A stretch of DNA of 64,000 nt from Cenococcum geophilum (taxonomy: Eukaryota). Numbering within the stretch: position 1 is the first letter of the stretch; each line of letters opens with the position of its first letter. A model generated the notes under the pieces. It saw only the letters and a program-made list of their open reading frames with translations, did no database searches and had not been told where the DNA came from. The stretch covers positions 3,906,001-3,970,000 of the forward strand of contig CP158635.1 in NCBI GenBank assembly GCA_050273025.1. The letters run 5' to 3'. The translations under genes were made by a program, and so were the position numbers. This document shows, piece by piece, positions 1 to 12,809 of this stretch.

Positions 1-586
1 ATAAATTTGTAAAAAAGATAGATGAACTATAACAGTTCCTTACTAATAAGATGATATAGGCTTAATCTGTCTATAAAGCCGCAGCGAATAAGAAATAAAC
101 CCTAGCACCGGCCTACTAAATTAGCGATTTTGTCTGGCTAGATATAAGAAATCTAAACATAAAACGACCTACTAAGAAACTTAATTGGAAGAACGCTGGC
201 CCTTATAAGGTTAAAAAGGTTATCTCTCCTTATGCCTACTAACTAAAGCTCCCTGATACGGTTAAAATCCACCCTATATTCCATACGTTAGTCCTCCGCC
301 CTACTACCCCTATATTAGACGCCCTGCCTAGATAGATATAAGACCCTCCCCTACCAGTTAAAGTAGATGGTAAGAACGAGTACTTTATTAAAAGAATTAA
401 TGATATTAAGTACGATAAACGGAAACGCTAATATATATATTTTATAAAATGGAGAGGCTTTACCAAGTCCTTATAGGAACCTATTAACTCTATAGGACTT
501 ATATAAGCCGCAGAAGACTTTTATAAACTCTACCTAGAACTACTATAGCCCCATCTTACAGAAGCTCAAGTTTAAAGGGGGGGTAC
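1..586 (+). pseudogene. 3' end of Ty3/Gypsy (chromovirus) pol: integrase C-terminus and chromodomain, RIP-inactivated, followed by polypurine tract
   Basis: Reads as [35 protein letters not shown] (GPY/F region), then VDGKNEYFI..I....Y.IKWRGF (chromodomain). PPT aaaggggggg at 574-583 precedes the LTR. Confidence 0.85.
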
Positions 587-956
587 TGTTATAGGATACC
601 CCCATAACACCTTGCACACGTCTACCTGTTTCTACTAACTTAGTAATTAGAGACCAACCGCAAAATAGCAATCTAACGGCAATCTAATGGCAATCTAACG
701 GCAATCTACGGCATTCTGCTATATTCTGCCAAGTTCTACTAAATTCTGCTAAGTTCTGCTAGGACTATAACCTGAACCCTATTCTGCCTATATACGTGTT
801 AACCAAGCAACTAAGTTAACGATATATGCCCTTTCTTCCCGTTTTCCTACCTTCTTTCCTTACGCAACGTCTTGACTTTATTACGCAGTTTATATACATA
901 GCTTAATAATACCTACTTCGCTATATATTATCACCGCTTGTGCTTACTCCGTAACA
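587..956 (+). repeat. 3' LTR of the Gypsy element at the window start
   Basis: Starts tgttatagga, ends tccgtaaca (TG..CA with terminal inverted repeat), directly after the PPT. Internal 10-11 bp repeats gcaatctaacg and ttctgctaag. Confidence 0.8.
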
Positions 957-1142
957 TAAACTAAAGCTTATAGAATGCTATCTTACAAAGATACTAAGCT
1001 AAAGAGAAGGAAAAGGGGTTGCTAGGACCGATGTAAACAAATATATAGGGTGAGCCGCTAAGGCGCTAGCTTTAGGCGGGCCAATTATAGGTCGGCAGAA
1101 TATAGCAGAATTTGGCAGGTAACGTGCGATAGCGCCATTACA
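957..1142 (-). repeat. Partial LTR inserted into the integrase of Copia J and interrupted by the Gypsy LTR ending at 956
   Basis: On the minus strand it starts tgtaatggcg exactly where the Copia J integrase frame stops. It shares motifs with 12682-12780 and with the LTRs of C. Confidence 0.55.
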
Positions 1143-4100
1143 GCTAGCGGTATTATTAACGGCTTTTACGGCTATTTATAAAGCTAGTTCCTTTTAAATA
1201 TCCTTATACTCGTCCGTGATAATCTAGTAAGCTCTCTATAAAGCTAGGTAAGCTTACTTAATAAGTTTAATAGACTAGTACGCCTTAACCAGAACGGCTT
1301 TTATTAAAATAGCCATAGCCATAGCGTACTATTGGAATTCCTTACTAATAAAGTTCCTACTAGTATTATAGGTAATATACTTAGGGAGTCTAACGTATAT
1401 ATTAATCTAGCAGGTCCGTAAAATATCCTAAGTATATTTTATAGATATATTTTATAACTAATAGGCGGCTTAATAACGGGTTGCCTTGTTAATTATATAT
1501 AATACTAGGCTGCCGTTAATATATATAATGTCTACGTATACTAAGTAGTTAAAATTAAGGTCTTTATAAAGAGTAAACTTAAATCGGCTTAGGGAACGTC
1601 TGTATTTCTAGCAGAAGGAGTAGTATTTAGTTAGGTGGTTAATTGCCTTCCTATTAACGTTATTATATTTAAAGCGTTTAAGGACTCTATACAGCTTTTC
1701 GGCTAATAAGTGGCCGAAACGGCGGTATAGGCGGTAGATTTTAGTACTAGTAAGGTAGCATAGGTTATAGTTAAAAGATTTTTAAATATAGGTCCGTAAA
1801 GTCTCTCCCTATATAAGGAATAGGTGTCTAAATCGTTATATAATTAGTAGGGTAATATACTTGCTTCCTAGGGCAGTTGCGGGGCCAATTAGGGTGTCTA
1901 TAATATTGTTATAGTAAACCTATAGCCTATCTATATCCGTAAAATAGAGTAGAAAAGGGGTGTCCGCTTTTACTATATAGAAGTTAACTAGGCTAATTAG
2001 GGTCTTAACTGTAACTAATTTAATTAATACGGTTAAGCTAATGCCGAATTAGATATTTATAACCCCAGTTTATATAGTATTAATATCCATATTATTATTT
2101 ATAGTGGTCTTATATATAAGGTATTATTTATAACCTATAGTAGACTTTTTAGAGGCACTTATATCGATTATAACGCTATAGAATTCTTTAGGGGTATAGC
2201 GTTTTGTGGTAATATATACAAATGGGTTCTATTTATGGTTTATAATATCTATAATAGGTCCAACAGGTATATTTATAGGTTGGTTTTTAGGTGCGATTAA
2301 GTATATAAAGGAGCGATCGGCTAATATAGTTATAATATTAAAGGCTTAGCCGTCCGTAAAAGGTCTAAAAGTAGTTAGGAATATTTTTAAGGTCTCCTAT
2401 TCCTAAGTATCTAAGTTAAAATTAATTATAAGGGCTTCTATTAACTTGTTAAAAGACTCCTCCGCTTCCTTTTCTTTATAGTTTATAATAAACTAGTTAA
2501 TCTAATTGTTAAATCTCTTCTTAAACTTATTACGTTCTTTCTAGGTATGCCTTATAAACTAATATCCTTCCTTACTATATATAAAGCACTTCTGGCTGGT
2601 TTGTCTATAGGGGTATACTTTTATATGGGAGTTACTTTAGTAGTTACAGGTAGGACTTAGTTGGTGCGGGTACTACTAGCGGTAGCGGTGGTCCGTAAAG
2701 TAGGTATTTAAGTTAGTTTATAGGTTTTATAGGTCCGTAATAAAGGCTTAAGTACTACCTAGTAGGTTTAAAACTTCATACATTATAATAGAGGACCGTA
2801 AATTATTAATAAGGCCAGTTAAGGTGTCTATAGGCTTATAATAGGCATATTTATAGGGCTCTACTTTTTAGTAAGCTATAATAAGTTTATTATATAGAAA
2901 GTCGTCTATTTAAACTTAATATTAAGGCCGTGCTATAGGTGCTGAAGGTCTTTAATAAGGATTTGCAGACACTCTATAGTCGATTTTTCGGTATTCTTAT
3001 TAATTATAGTCCGTAACTTAATCGCATTCTATTAGGTAAAGATATTACGCTTATATTTTAGCCCTTTAAAGTAGTTACGTATAGCTTTATATAGCTTATT
3101 AAAGAAAACACTAAGGGGGTTACTCTTAAGGTTAGTGTAGTAGTGATTAAGGGCTAGGCTACGCAGTATAGTAGAATAGGCTTAGCTAAATTTTTATTTA
3201 GGAATATTAGCCTTCTAACAGAGGTCCGTAAAGATAGTTAGTTTAAAGTTAAAGTTATTGTTTTCACCGCTATACTTAGATTCGTTAGTATAGAGCTTAG
3301 CTAGGTTAGCTAGCTCCTTACTATAGGTCTTTACTTAGGTATTTTGCGGATCTATAACTTAAGCGATAGAAGGGTTTTAGTCTATATTTTAGTTTGCGGG
3401 GGTATTATAGTCCGTAACTTAAGTACTAGGTATACTTTAGCCCGTAAGATTAATTCTAAGATCTCTTTAGTTTATAGAACGAATTTAGTTAAATAGGTTG
3501 TCTATAAGACTGGAGATCCTATTAAGTTTAAAAGAGGTAAAGAGTTCGCTAGTTTTAATGTAATCTAGGATTTGCTCTTTAGTTTATTTTGTTTAGTTCT
3601 CTTTATATAGTGTGTTATATAGAGACCGTATAATAGTAACTTGCCTATCCTTTTTAACCCATACGCCTTAGTTACGTAAAAGGGTTTATAGGTTATAGGT
3701 AGCTATAAGGTTGCAAGTCTTAAAGATAGCTTCCGTAAAGTTTATAAAGTCTTCCTTATATTATTCCTATAGATTATTATTTAGAAGCTTAAAGTGTCCG
3801 TATTTAAGGATTTTAAAATTAATATAGTTATTAACGCCGTTTATAGACGTAAGGTCAACTCCCTAATTTTACTTCTTTTAACCTTTGTTAATTTGCTTAC
3901 TTATATCTGCCATATTATATAGCGTGGTATGTCTATATAAGCTATAATAGGTAGTAATAGCTTATAGCGAGTGGAGGAGGTCTTATAACGGTCCGTAAAA
4001 TCGATTAACGGGTCCATAATAGTTTAAGAGGTTTTATAATGGTCTATAAAGGCGATTAATAGGTCCGTAATAGTTCGTAGGAGGGTAAAAGGTTCCGTAA

Positions 4101-4562
4101 AGGTCTATATTCGCGTTTATAAACTTTTAGTAAACCGTACTAAGACTTAAATAAGTATATAGAGATGGTAATATAGTCCGTAATCCCCAACTTCCGACCT
4201 TTTAGTAGGTCGTACTAGGATATAAACAGGTAGTCGCTGTTGTATATCGCTCGGGGGGGGGGGGGGGGGGGTATTAAGTGATTGCTAATCTATGCGCGCT
4301 TACTAATTAGTGTTTATATTAATTTAATAATATAAGTAAGCTATATCCAGGGGCACGAAATACGTATAGTATCGTATGCTCTTTTGGATGGGAGTGACTG
4401 TCAATTCTATTAAGGTAGACTACGTAGTCTATATACTAACGCGTCCTCCCCCCTAATTAGTTATAAGTAAGTAGTTAGTGCACCAAACGCGTAGATACGC
4501 GTTTGGTATACTAGATGCTATAATTATATAATTATAAAAATCAATTTTTAGAATTGTAAATA
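1143..4562 (-). mobile_element. Copia-type LTR retrotransposon J, 5' part (probable 5' LTR 4399-4562, leader, gag, protease, integrase N-half), RIP-degraded
   Basis: With RIP reverted, the minus strand gives LHRRFGH, C..CQK..RS..RFKFTL, VDIMYI and KELALQMAVKAVNDTA (Copia integrase). It is collinear with element C. The leader 4175-4398 is the reverse complement of 63783-64000. Confidence 0.8.
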
Positions 4563-5527
4563 ACCCTCCGCTTATATAATATATCTATTTTATACGCCTC
4601 TATAAGCCGTTATAGAGGCCCTAATAGAGTTATAAGCTCTTTGTCTACCTAAAGCTATAGAGCATTATAAGAGCTTTACTAAATAAAGTTTAGGGGGAGA
4701 CGAGTACGGAGCTTATTAAAAGAGGTAGTGTTTTAATATTCTAAACCATTCTCCTAGTAAGCCTAACTAGGAAGGCGGTAGTAGCCGACTATTATAACCC
4801 TATTACCTACGTTAGTCTTAAGAATTTTTTATTTATTAATTTTTATAAATATATTTATTTATAATAAATAATAAGCACTAAATATCCGTCTTCCCTTATA
4901 AATATATATATAGCTTTTTTTAAAGCTTTTGTTCATTTTATAAATATTAAGGTAAATTATATAGTATTAATACTACGCCGGCCGTTCCTAGAAATATATA
5001 GGAACTTAATATTTTAATTTCCTGCGTAGATACTCTATTATTTTTAGAGTTTTACTTACCCTCCCCCCCTCCTAACACTATTAGTATTGTAATACTATAG
5101 CTCCCCTATAGTTAGGATCCATTATATATAGTTATAGTAGTAGTTCTAGTACTTAATCTAAACTATCTAAGCTTAATAGTAACTAATTTAATAACGCTGA
5201 CATTAATAAAGACTATAACGTATTATCCTCTAACCAATTCTCCAGTTCTCTCTTACTTAAAAAAACAAAAGATTTGCGTAATAAATACTTGGTCCTATAT
5301 ATAGGAGTTTTATAAGGGTAAGCCAGTTAAGAATAAAAATAGTAAGCAATATTAGTATTATGCTAAGTGTATATTCTAGTAAGAGGTAATTACTACTAAT
5401 ATTTATACGCATCTATGTAAGTAGTACGGTATTTCCGTTAAAGAGCAAGACTTAATAATTAAGAAAGTTATAAAGTAGAGACTTAAGGGCTTATTTTAAA
5501 AGTAGGGTAAAGCCGAAGTTTAGGAGG
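4563..5527 (+). pseudogene. hAT-like DNA transposon relic, N-terminal BED-type zinc finger region, interrupted by Gypsy A1
   Basis: 5285-5520 reads (RIP reverted) NTWS....F..GKPVKN.NGKQYWYCAKC......TTNI.THL.K.HGISV.EQD, a W..C-x2-C..H-x4-H BED-like pattern. The catalytic domain is not in the window. Confidence 0.55.
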
Positions 5528-5744
5528 GGTAAGGGATATTATTACAGTTACCTTAGGTTGCCCTTAAAACAACCCCTAGATACCCCTTAAATAGTTGCCG
5601 GTTATATACTAAAGGTATATACCTATAGTATATAGTCTCTATAACCCTAAAGGCCTTACCTCCTTAAGGATTTATCTCTCTTATTAATCTATTCTATTCC
5701 ATAATTATATTCTTATAGCCCCCTATCTATAAAGTCCCCTTATA
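5528..5744 (+). repeat. 5' LTR of Gypsy A1 (217 bp)
   Basis: Matches the reverse complement of 8956-9172 and 23489-23705; gtaagggata...cccttata. Confidence 0.9.
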
Positions 5745-5820
5745 TTTAAATCCTTCCTACTCCTTTTTAGAAGGGTAGTTAACTTTAAGGACTAGATTAT
5801 TTGTTTATATCTTCTATTTA

Positions 5821-8800
5821 CAACTACTATCCTCCTTAAAAATCTTATAATAATCTAAATGAAAACTCTATAGACACCTTATGGAAAACCATTACGCTAA
5901 GGTAAAAAGGTCCCTTTAATAGTAAAAGATTGCGATAATATAAACCTCTAGGTAAGATAGCTAAACAAGCCCTAATACCTAAATGCGCTAGGAGCTTAAA
6001 GACTCTTATATACCTATAGTTACTGCTAAGGAAAATATAGATACTCTCTATAACGGTTATAACGCTACTAGAAAGTAATTAAAGCCCCTTTAGCCCTACT
6101 TAGACTAATTAGAAGATTAAGCGCTAGAGGTAACTTTAAGATCTTCCTTTAAGCTAAAAATGCTAGAGAAATATACTAATGCGTTTAACTAGGGAACTAA
6201 CTAAAACCCTCCTAAAAGACCACCAGCTTATAATTAGTATAGTGGTGGTATATAAACTGCTTATAAGCTAAGCAGGCCTACCCCTTTAGGTAATTTATAC
6301 TAGTTACTAGTACTAATACTACCTCTATAGCTAGAGCTTCCCTAAGGCTAAAGTTAGAAAGTTAAGAGCCCTAAACTAATTATCTTTAAAATAGATATTA
6401 AGAAGCTACTATAAGGCTCTTAGAAGCTATACGGGAAGGATTTACTAATAAATATATTAGAAACCTCTAAAGGTAAGCTTAAATCTAGTAGAGCTTAATC
6501 TAGGCTAAATAAAATCTTTTATAACCTGGCTAAGGCTAAGGGCTTTTTAGGAGTTACTTAATATCTATTTAAGGAGGTATAGAAGACCTAGAAAGGTATC
6601 TACGCTATAAATAAAAAAAGGATATAGACCGACTGGCTAAGGCCTTTAGTAATTTAGAACTCCGCTATAGACCCAATACCTAGCAGCTAGACAATTAGGT
6701 TTATAAGGGAAATAACTTCTTTAAGATACTAATAATACAAGATAATACCAAAGAGTGTATATAATAGATTATTAGTAAGATTAAAGATCGATCCCTAAAC
6801 TAGATTATACTTAATTTGCTTAATAAAGAGCAAATTAGTATATAGCTATAGCTATAACCCTTTCTAAAGAAATGGACTTAAGATTTATATATTATATAAT
6901 ATAATAATATAGAGCAATTCTAGAATGGTATATAGCTAGACCGCTAAGATTTCCGCCAGTTTATAAACTTTATGGAAACTTGTACTTAATGGGTGGGTTA
7001 AAGCCCTTTTAAAAATAAGGATAGTAGTATCTATAAAAAGGAGAAGACTAGGTTTATTTAGGCTAGAATTAAGCTAGTAATTTATAATAAAATTAAGCGC
7101 GTAGGAGCCCTATTGCGAATTACTATATATATAGATTTTAAACAAGTGGTTCTAAACGCTAAAAATACGGTAAGAAACTAGACCTCTTCTAGTAGAAAGC
7201 TAAGGGGTTACTAAAAGTATAGGTACTTTAATAGTAATATAGGGCAGACCTAACCTTTAAAAAAGCCGTTTAGAAAGAGAACTTTAGAAGGGTTAAAGTT
7301 AGGGACCTTAAGTAATAGAAAAGACTTTTAAGGCTAACCTAATACTTATCTAGTACCTTTATGGGAATACTTTAAAAAGTTAAGAGAAAACTTCTCTAAA
7401 GGTAAATTCTATTTAAAAAAAACAGGGCGATAACTGTATTAATAATCTAAAAAAGAAAAGCCTTAGTTGCGGACCTCTTTTAGCTATAACTAGGGCAAGA
7501 TATAAAAGGAAAAACTCTCTGTATTACTATTAAGCTAAAAACGGTACTCTTTATAGGTAAGGCATAATAGTTCTAAGTACTATATAATAGCAGCGTCGAA
7601 ATTAATCTTATATAATATAATTTAGTAAAAGAGTATAAACTTATTCTATTGCTAAGGTAACAGAAACCTATTATAGACTTTTTAGATAAGTATTAGATTA
7701 AACTATATAGTACCTATAAGCTTATAGAATTAGTGGCCGATATATATAACCGCACTAAGGTAGTCGGCCTATAACCCTTTTAGGCGGCTAACTTTATAGG
7801 CTATAACCTTATTCTTAGACACCCTTGGCTCGTAAAAGTAAATTCTAAAATATACTTTAAGACAGGAGCCTTTAAATAATGGAATAATAAAAAATTAGAA
7901 GGGTGTATAATACTAATAAGCCTAGAGAATATCCTAGAAGATATAGCCCTAGGTAAAATAGTATACACTCTATACCTAAAAGAGTATTAAATTTTACCCC
8001 TATTTTATAATAAGATGGGTATAAAGCCTAATATAGGTAATAACCCCTTTATAATAGAGACCCTATAGGGAACTACTAGATAGGTTATAGAGATATTATA
8101 TAGAGGCGGCGATCTTAAAGATTTTATAAAATACTTTAACCGCTATAGGTTACTTTGGCTTAAGTAATATATATATAAAGGCTTAGTTAAAAGAACAGAA
8201 TCTATTAGTAGCTAGTGAACGAGAATTCCAAGACGAGGACTGGAAGAAGGTCAAGGAAAGGACATATCTATATACATAGCGCTAAGGCTTAGCTCGGCCG
8301 AGCCCCCAACTAAGGTCTATAACAGTGCCGTAATAATACAAAAAGTATACTATAGCACCTTAAACGCTGCGTTAAGGATTTCCCTACCCTTTACTAGCTA
8401 CTGTATAAAACGGTTTAATATATAGTAGTAACTATATATAAATAACCACTATAGCGCGTAACTCTGCCTATAAGTATTTTAAGGGAGCTTTAGTATCTAC
8501 CTAATAATAATATAGAGGATAAACGCAATCCTAATATATTAAATATTCTATTAGGCCTAAGGCACTTACTAAGGATACTTTTAGGCAGATAAGCTAAAGT
8601 CTTACTATAGAACTTAAAATATAACTATATAATTAATTTAAAAGAAGGTAAGTAACTACTAAACCTTTTTATCTATAACCTCTCTTATAAAGAGCTTAAG
8701 ATCCTATAGAAATACCTTAATAGGTTACTAGAAAAGGGGTAGATTTAGCCTAATAAGTTACTAGCAGGCGCGCTAATCCTCTTTATCCTAAAACTAGATA

Positions 8801-8955
8801 AAACTATAAGGCTATATATAAACTATCGCGGTTTTAATAAGATTATAATTAAGAACTGTTACCTGCTACTGCTAGTTAATAAAATATTAAATTAACTATT
8901 TAAGGCGAAGATCTTTATAAAGCTAGATTTATAAGACGCCTATTATAGGCCCCGT
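5821..8955 (+). pseudogene. A1 gag, aspartic protease and RT N-terminus (RIP stops)
   Basis: ATG at 5821; protease-like (D)SGAEIN near 7586; RT motifs GA.ILFIPK.D.T.RL...YRG.NK...KN.Y.L.L and KLDL.DAY.R up to the insertion point. Confidence 0.8.
8174..8335. repeat. Solo LTR (162 bp) of another family inserted in A1
   Basis: Absent from the homologous site in A2 (about 21015). Flanked by atata (8169-8173) and ataca (8336-8340). Ends tataaaggc...gccgtaata fit RIP-altered TG..CA. Confidence 0.75.
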
Positions 8956-11900
8956 TATAAGGGGATCTTATAGATAGGGGGCTATAAGGATACAATTATA
9001 GAATAGGATAGATTGGTAAGAGAGATGAATCCTTAAGGAGGTAAGGCCTCTGGGATTATGGAGACTATATACTACAGGTACGTATCTCTAGCATATAACC
9101 GGCGACCATCTAAGGGGCGTCTAGGGGTTGTCCTAAGGGCAACCCAAGGTGTCCGCAATAATATCCCTTATATTACCCCCCCCCTTCCTACGGTCGGCCC
9201 CCAATCGCCATTACCTTACGGTAGGGAGATTATAAGGGCTCGTCCCAGAAGAGGTTTGGAGAGATATTGGAAAGGTGTTGGCATGCCGCTATATATCATC
9301 TATCTATCTAACCCCTGCTTTAAACTCCTAAAAAACCTTAATAAGGAAAAAATATAACTAGAGAAAAGACGTAAGGATTACTAGGAGACCTATTAAAAAC
9401 CTACTAAAAGCATACTAGTAACTACCTAGGCTGATATAGGGATTTTTATACAACTCTGCTTCTAAGCCTTTATGCCGGTCTATAATTAATCACGAGTATT
9501 ATAAGCAATTTGGTGTTTTAGTATAGTTCCGTAGAACCTTTTAGTATAGGATTTAACGTATAGAGCCTTAGCTTGCCGTTGTCTTTAACTGCTAAGATAT
9601 AGTCTATAATTCTTTCTTATAATCCTTTTCTTATAATCCTCTACGTTACTAACGCATTGCTCCCGCATTTGCCCTTAGGCTATTAAATACGGTTAAGGTA
9701 TTAATTAGTTAGTTAAAGAGACTTATCTCTTAAGATTTAGTGTATATACTTTTAAATCTGGTAGTTTTATACTATATATTTAGCGTAGCTCTACTACCTA
9801 GTAATTAGGGACATTTCGCGATAGTAATTATAGCTATTATACGATTATTAAAAACGTTTATAACGTTATTCTTTAATACTATAGTATCGTTTTAGGTCTA
9901 ATTTAACCCATATACGTCTTTAATTTAACATCTTAATTACCTTCCCCCGGCCGCGTGGTTAGTTTTTATAAGGAAGTAATAGTTAAATAACTTATACACG
10001 TATTTCCTTCCTTTTAAATAACGCTATTGTAACGGAGTTATATCGGTAAGGTTGCGGCTATTTACTAGAAGGATATTAGACGGTAAAGTATAAAGACACT
10101 TTGCTTATTGAGCTTAATCCTTTTTCTTAACACCTTACTTCCTATTATTAACCTTTATCCAATTTAGACGTATCTTTAATATATCATTAAGATTTTCTTC
10201 TTTTTTATTATTAATTCAATATACCTCTTCGTTCTTCTACTAACTGCTCTTTTAAGCAAATTCTATAGCGTATCCTAGCCCTACCTTTGCATATAGAACC
10301 CTAACCTTCGCTAACTCGCAACTAGTGCTAGTCCTACCTAAATAATTTTGCCTATATGTCTTTAAAAGACCAAAAATCTAATAATAGGATTCTGGAGGCT
10401 TATAATAAGACGCACTGCGTTAAATCTAATACCTTTAGTTCTTATAATTAATACATACATACTAAGAGCGGTAATTACGTTAAGGTAAGCTTTCCTATTC
10501 TTAATAGATTTCTATTGCTAACTTTAAGCTTTAATAGCCTAGGCCTAAGTAGCGACGTTCCTTTAATATCCTTAACTATTATATCGCCCGAGCTCTCTCT
10601 TATTCTAATATAAATGCTAAACAACTTAGCCAAATTTAAGACTATGCCACGGCCATTTATACTACCTATAATTCCTAGTAAGCTAGCCAGCAACACCTAA
10701 TATAAGAGTAAGGTTAGTATAATAAGGATAGGGTAAGGAATAGGGGTAATAAGAAGAAGGTTGCTGTCTACTATAGGAAAGAGTTCGCGCATACGTGTTA
10801 AGTTTCGAAAGAGCATAATATAATGCGTTATTAGGTAGGTTACCCTTTAGATACCTACCGGATAGGTAACTAATAGTTGCCGTAGTAAGGTCTTAGTGGT
10901 TCTAGACTATACTAGCCAGCCAATATCTCTATTTATTCTGGGCTTAAGCGTATCTTTATTAACTATAAGCTTACGCCGTAAGAGCTTCGTTAGTATTAGT
11001 TTGGACTTAATATTAGTATTAAGCGTTTAAGAGTCTCTGCTCTAGCTACACCTTATCATCCTACCCCTATTTTTATACCTACTTATACGCCTATTAAGGC
11101 ATCTAGATCCCATTCTCGTTAGCTATTACTTAGTAGCCTAATAAACACTAATCCTACTCCTGATAATAAGGCGTAGTGGCTTTTTAGATTGGGCATTTAT
11201 GGTTTAGACTTTTAGGATTCGTTCTTATATATAGTAGCAATTAAGGACCTCGATTAGGTGCTCAGAAAGGCCTTAGAAGCCCTAGAAACAATATTCCTAG
11301 TATAGATTAATAAATGAGAATGCAATTTTAGTAAAATGCCCTATCAACTCTATACTATATACGTGAAAAGGCTGAGGACCTATCCTGCCTTAGGCCGTAG
11401 CCCTATCCCTATAGTTTCCGGAGCCTATCTATTCCATATCCGATTTAACCTATTTACTCTTTTCGCGAGCTTTCTTTATAGGTCGCGATAATATTATAGT
11501 ATTAGAGCGCTTTCTGCGACTTATAGATTGTAGACCTTAGTCCCAATATTCTTTTAGAATATCTTCATAATAATTAAGGTAATCCTCTAGTTCCTATATA
11601 GAGTCCTTAGCAAGCCAGCCTAGCTATTTAACTTCAAATTAAAGCTTATTCTTAACAGACTTATAGCGTAGTATAGCTTTAACCTCATACTGCTCGCCCA
11701 CTACCTTAGGGTGTTTAATTGGGCCTAAACGGAAGTTCTTTTCTAGCGGTAGTCTATACTATAGCTCTAGTAGGTTTATATAAAACACTAGATATATATA
11801 GGCTATAGATAGGGGTAGCTAGAGACGATAGGCTAGCTTACTAATTCGTTCCTTGACTTAAAAGGGACCTAGGTATCTTACATCGAGCTTCTTTAATAGT

Positions 11901-12809
11901 TAATAGGTCTTAATATTCGTTAAACGTAATAAAACCTCATCGCCTACTCCAAAATGCTTGTTTTGGTGCTTGCGGTTATACTAAAGTCTCTACTACTTTT
12001 AGGCATCTTATAGGCTCTACTTTATATACTTCTATTACTCCTCCTATTCCTAAAGGTATCCTTATACTCTCTAGTAGATGTCCTTTAACTTCCTAGTAAG
12101 ATCCTATAACTAATCATACAGCCTTAGCTAGTAATTATTGGGTATACCATTAAACCCAAATAGTCGAACGCTATAGGTAATCTAGATTAGTATATACTTA
12201 TACAATGCATATTACTTTAAATTATAAGCGTACTCCGTATACGGAAGTAGCTCGCACTAGTTATCTTACTAGTAGTTTAAATACATCCACAGGTAAGACT
12301 CCAGTTCCTAGTTCTGGCGTTCCGTTTGCCCATCCATCTATAGGTAGAAAGCCGTACTATACTAATAGTCTATCTTTAAATAGAAGCATAGGTCCAACTA
12401 GTATTAGCTTATAAAGACGCTGCCCCTATTAGTAATAATAGAGTATAGCTGTCACGAAGCTCGTATTAAGCTATTCATTGATAAAATGGGTTAATTGATT
12501 GATGATCTTGTCTTAAGGTTGATTGACCTTAGACCTAGGGCCCTCGGGCTCAGATAAAGAGGTTTACACTGCACGTAACTCGTGCACGTAACTCGTGCAC
12601 GGTCTACGCCTCCAGAGAATACAGATTATCTAACACACCCCCTTAGCTTCAAGCTCTTTGAGGTTAAAGCTAACCATCTTCCTGCCAAATTCTGCCAACT
12701 TCTGCCAACCAATCAGGATTTTCTATCCCTGGGATGGAAAATCGCTATTGGCTCGCTTACGGCTAGCGCCTTAGCGACCCTTTTTATGCTTATTAATGCG
12801 TTAATTAAA

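Noticed and set aside
9058..9357. 99-aa ORF
   Set aside because: Spans the A2 LTR, PPT and 3' region; a chance frame.
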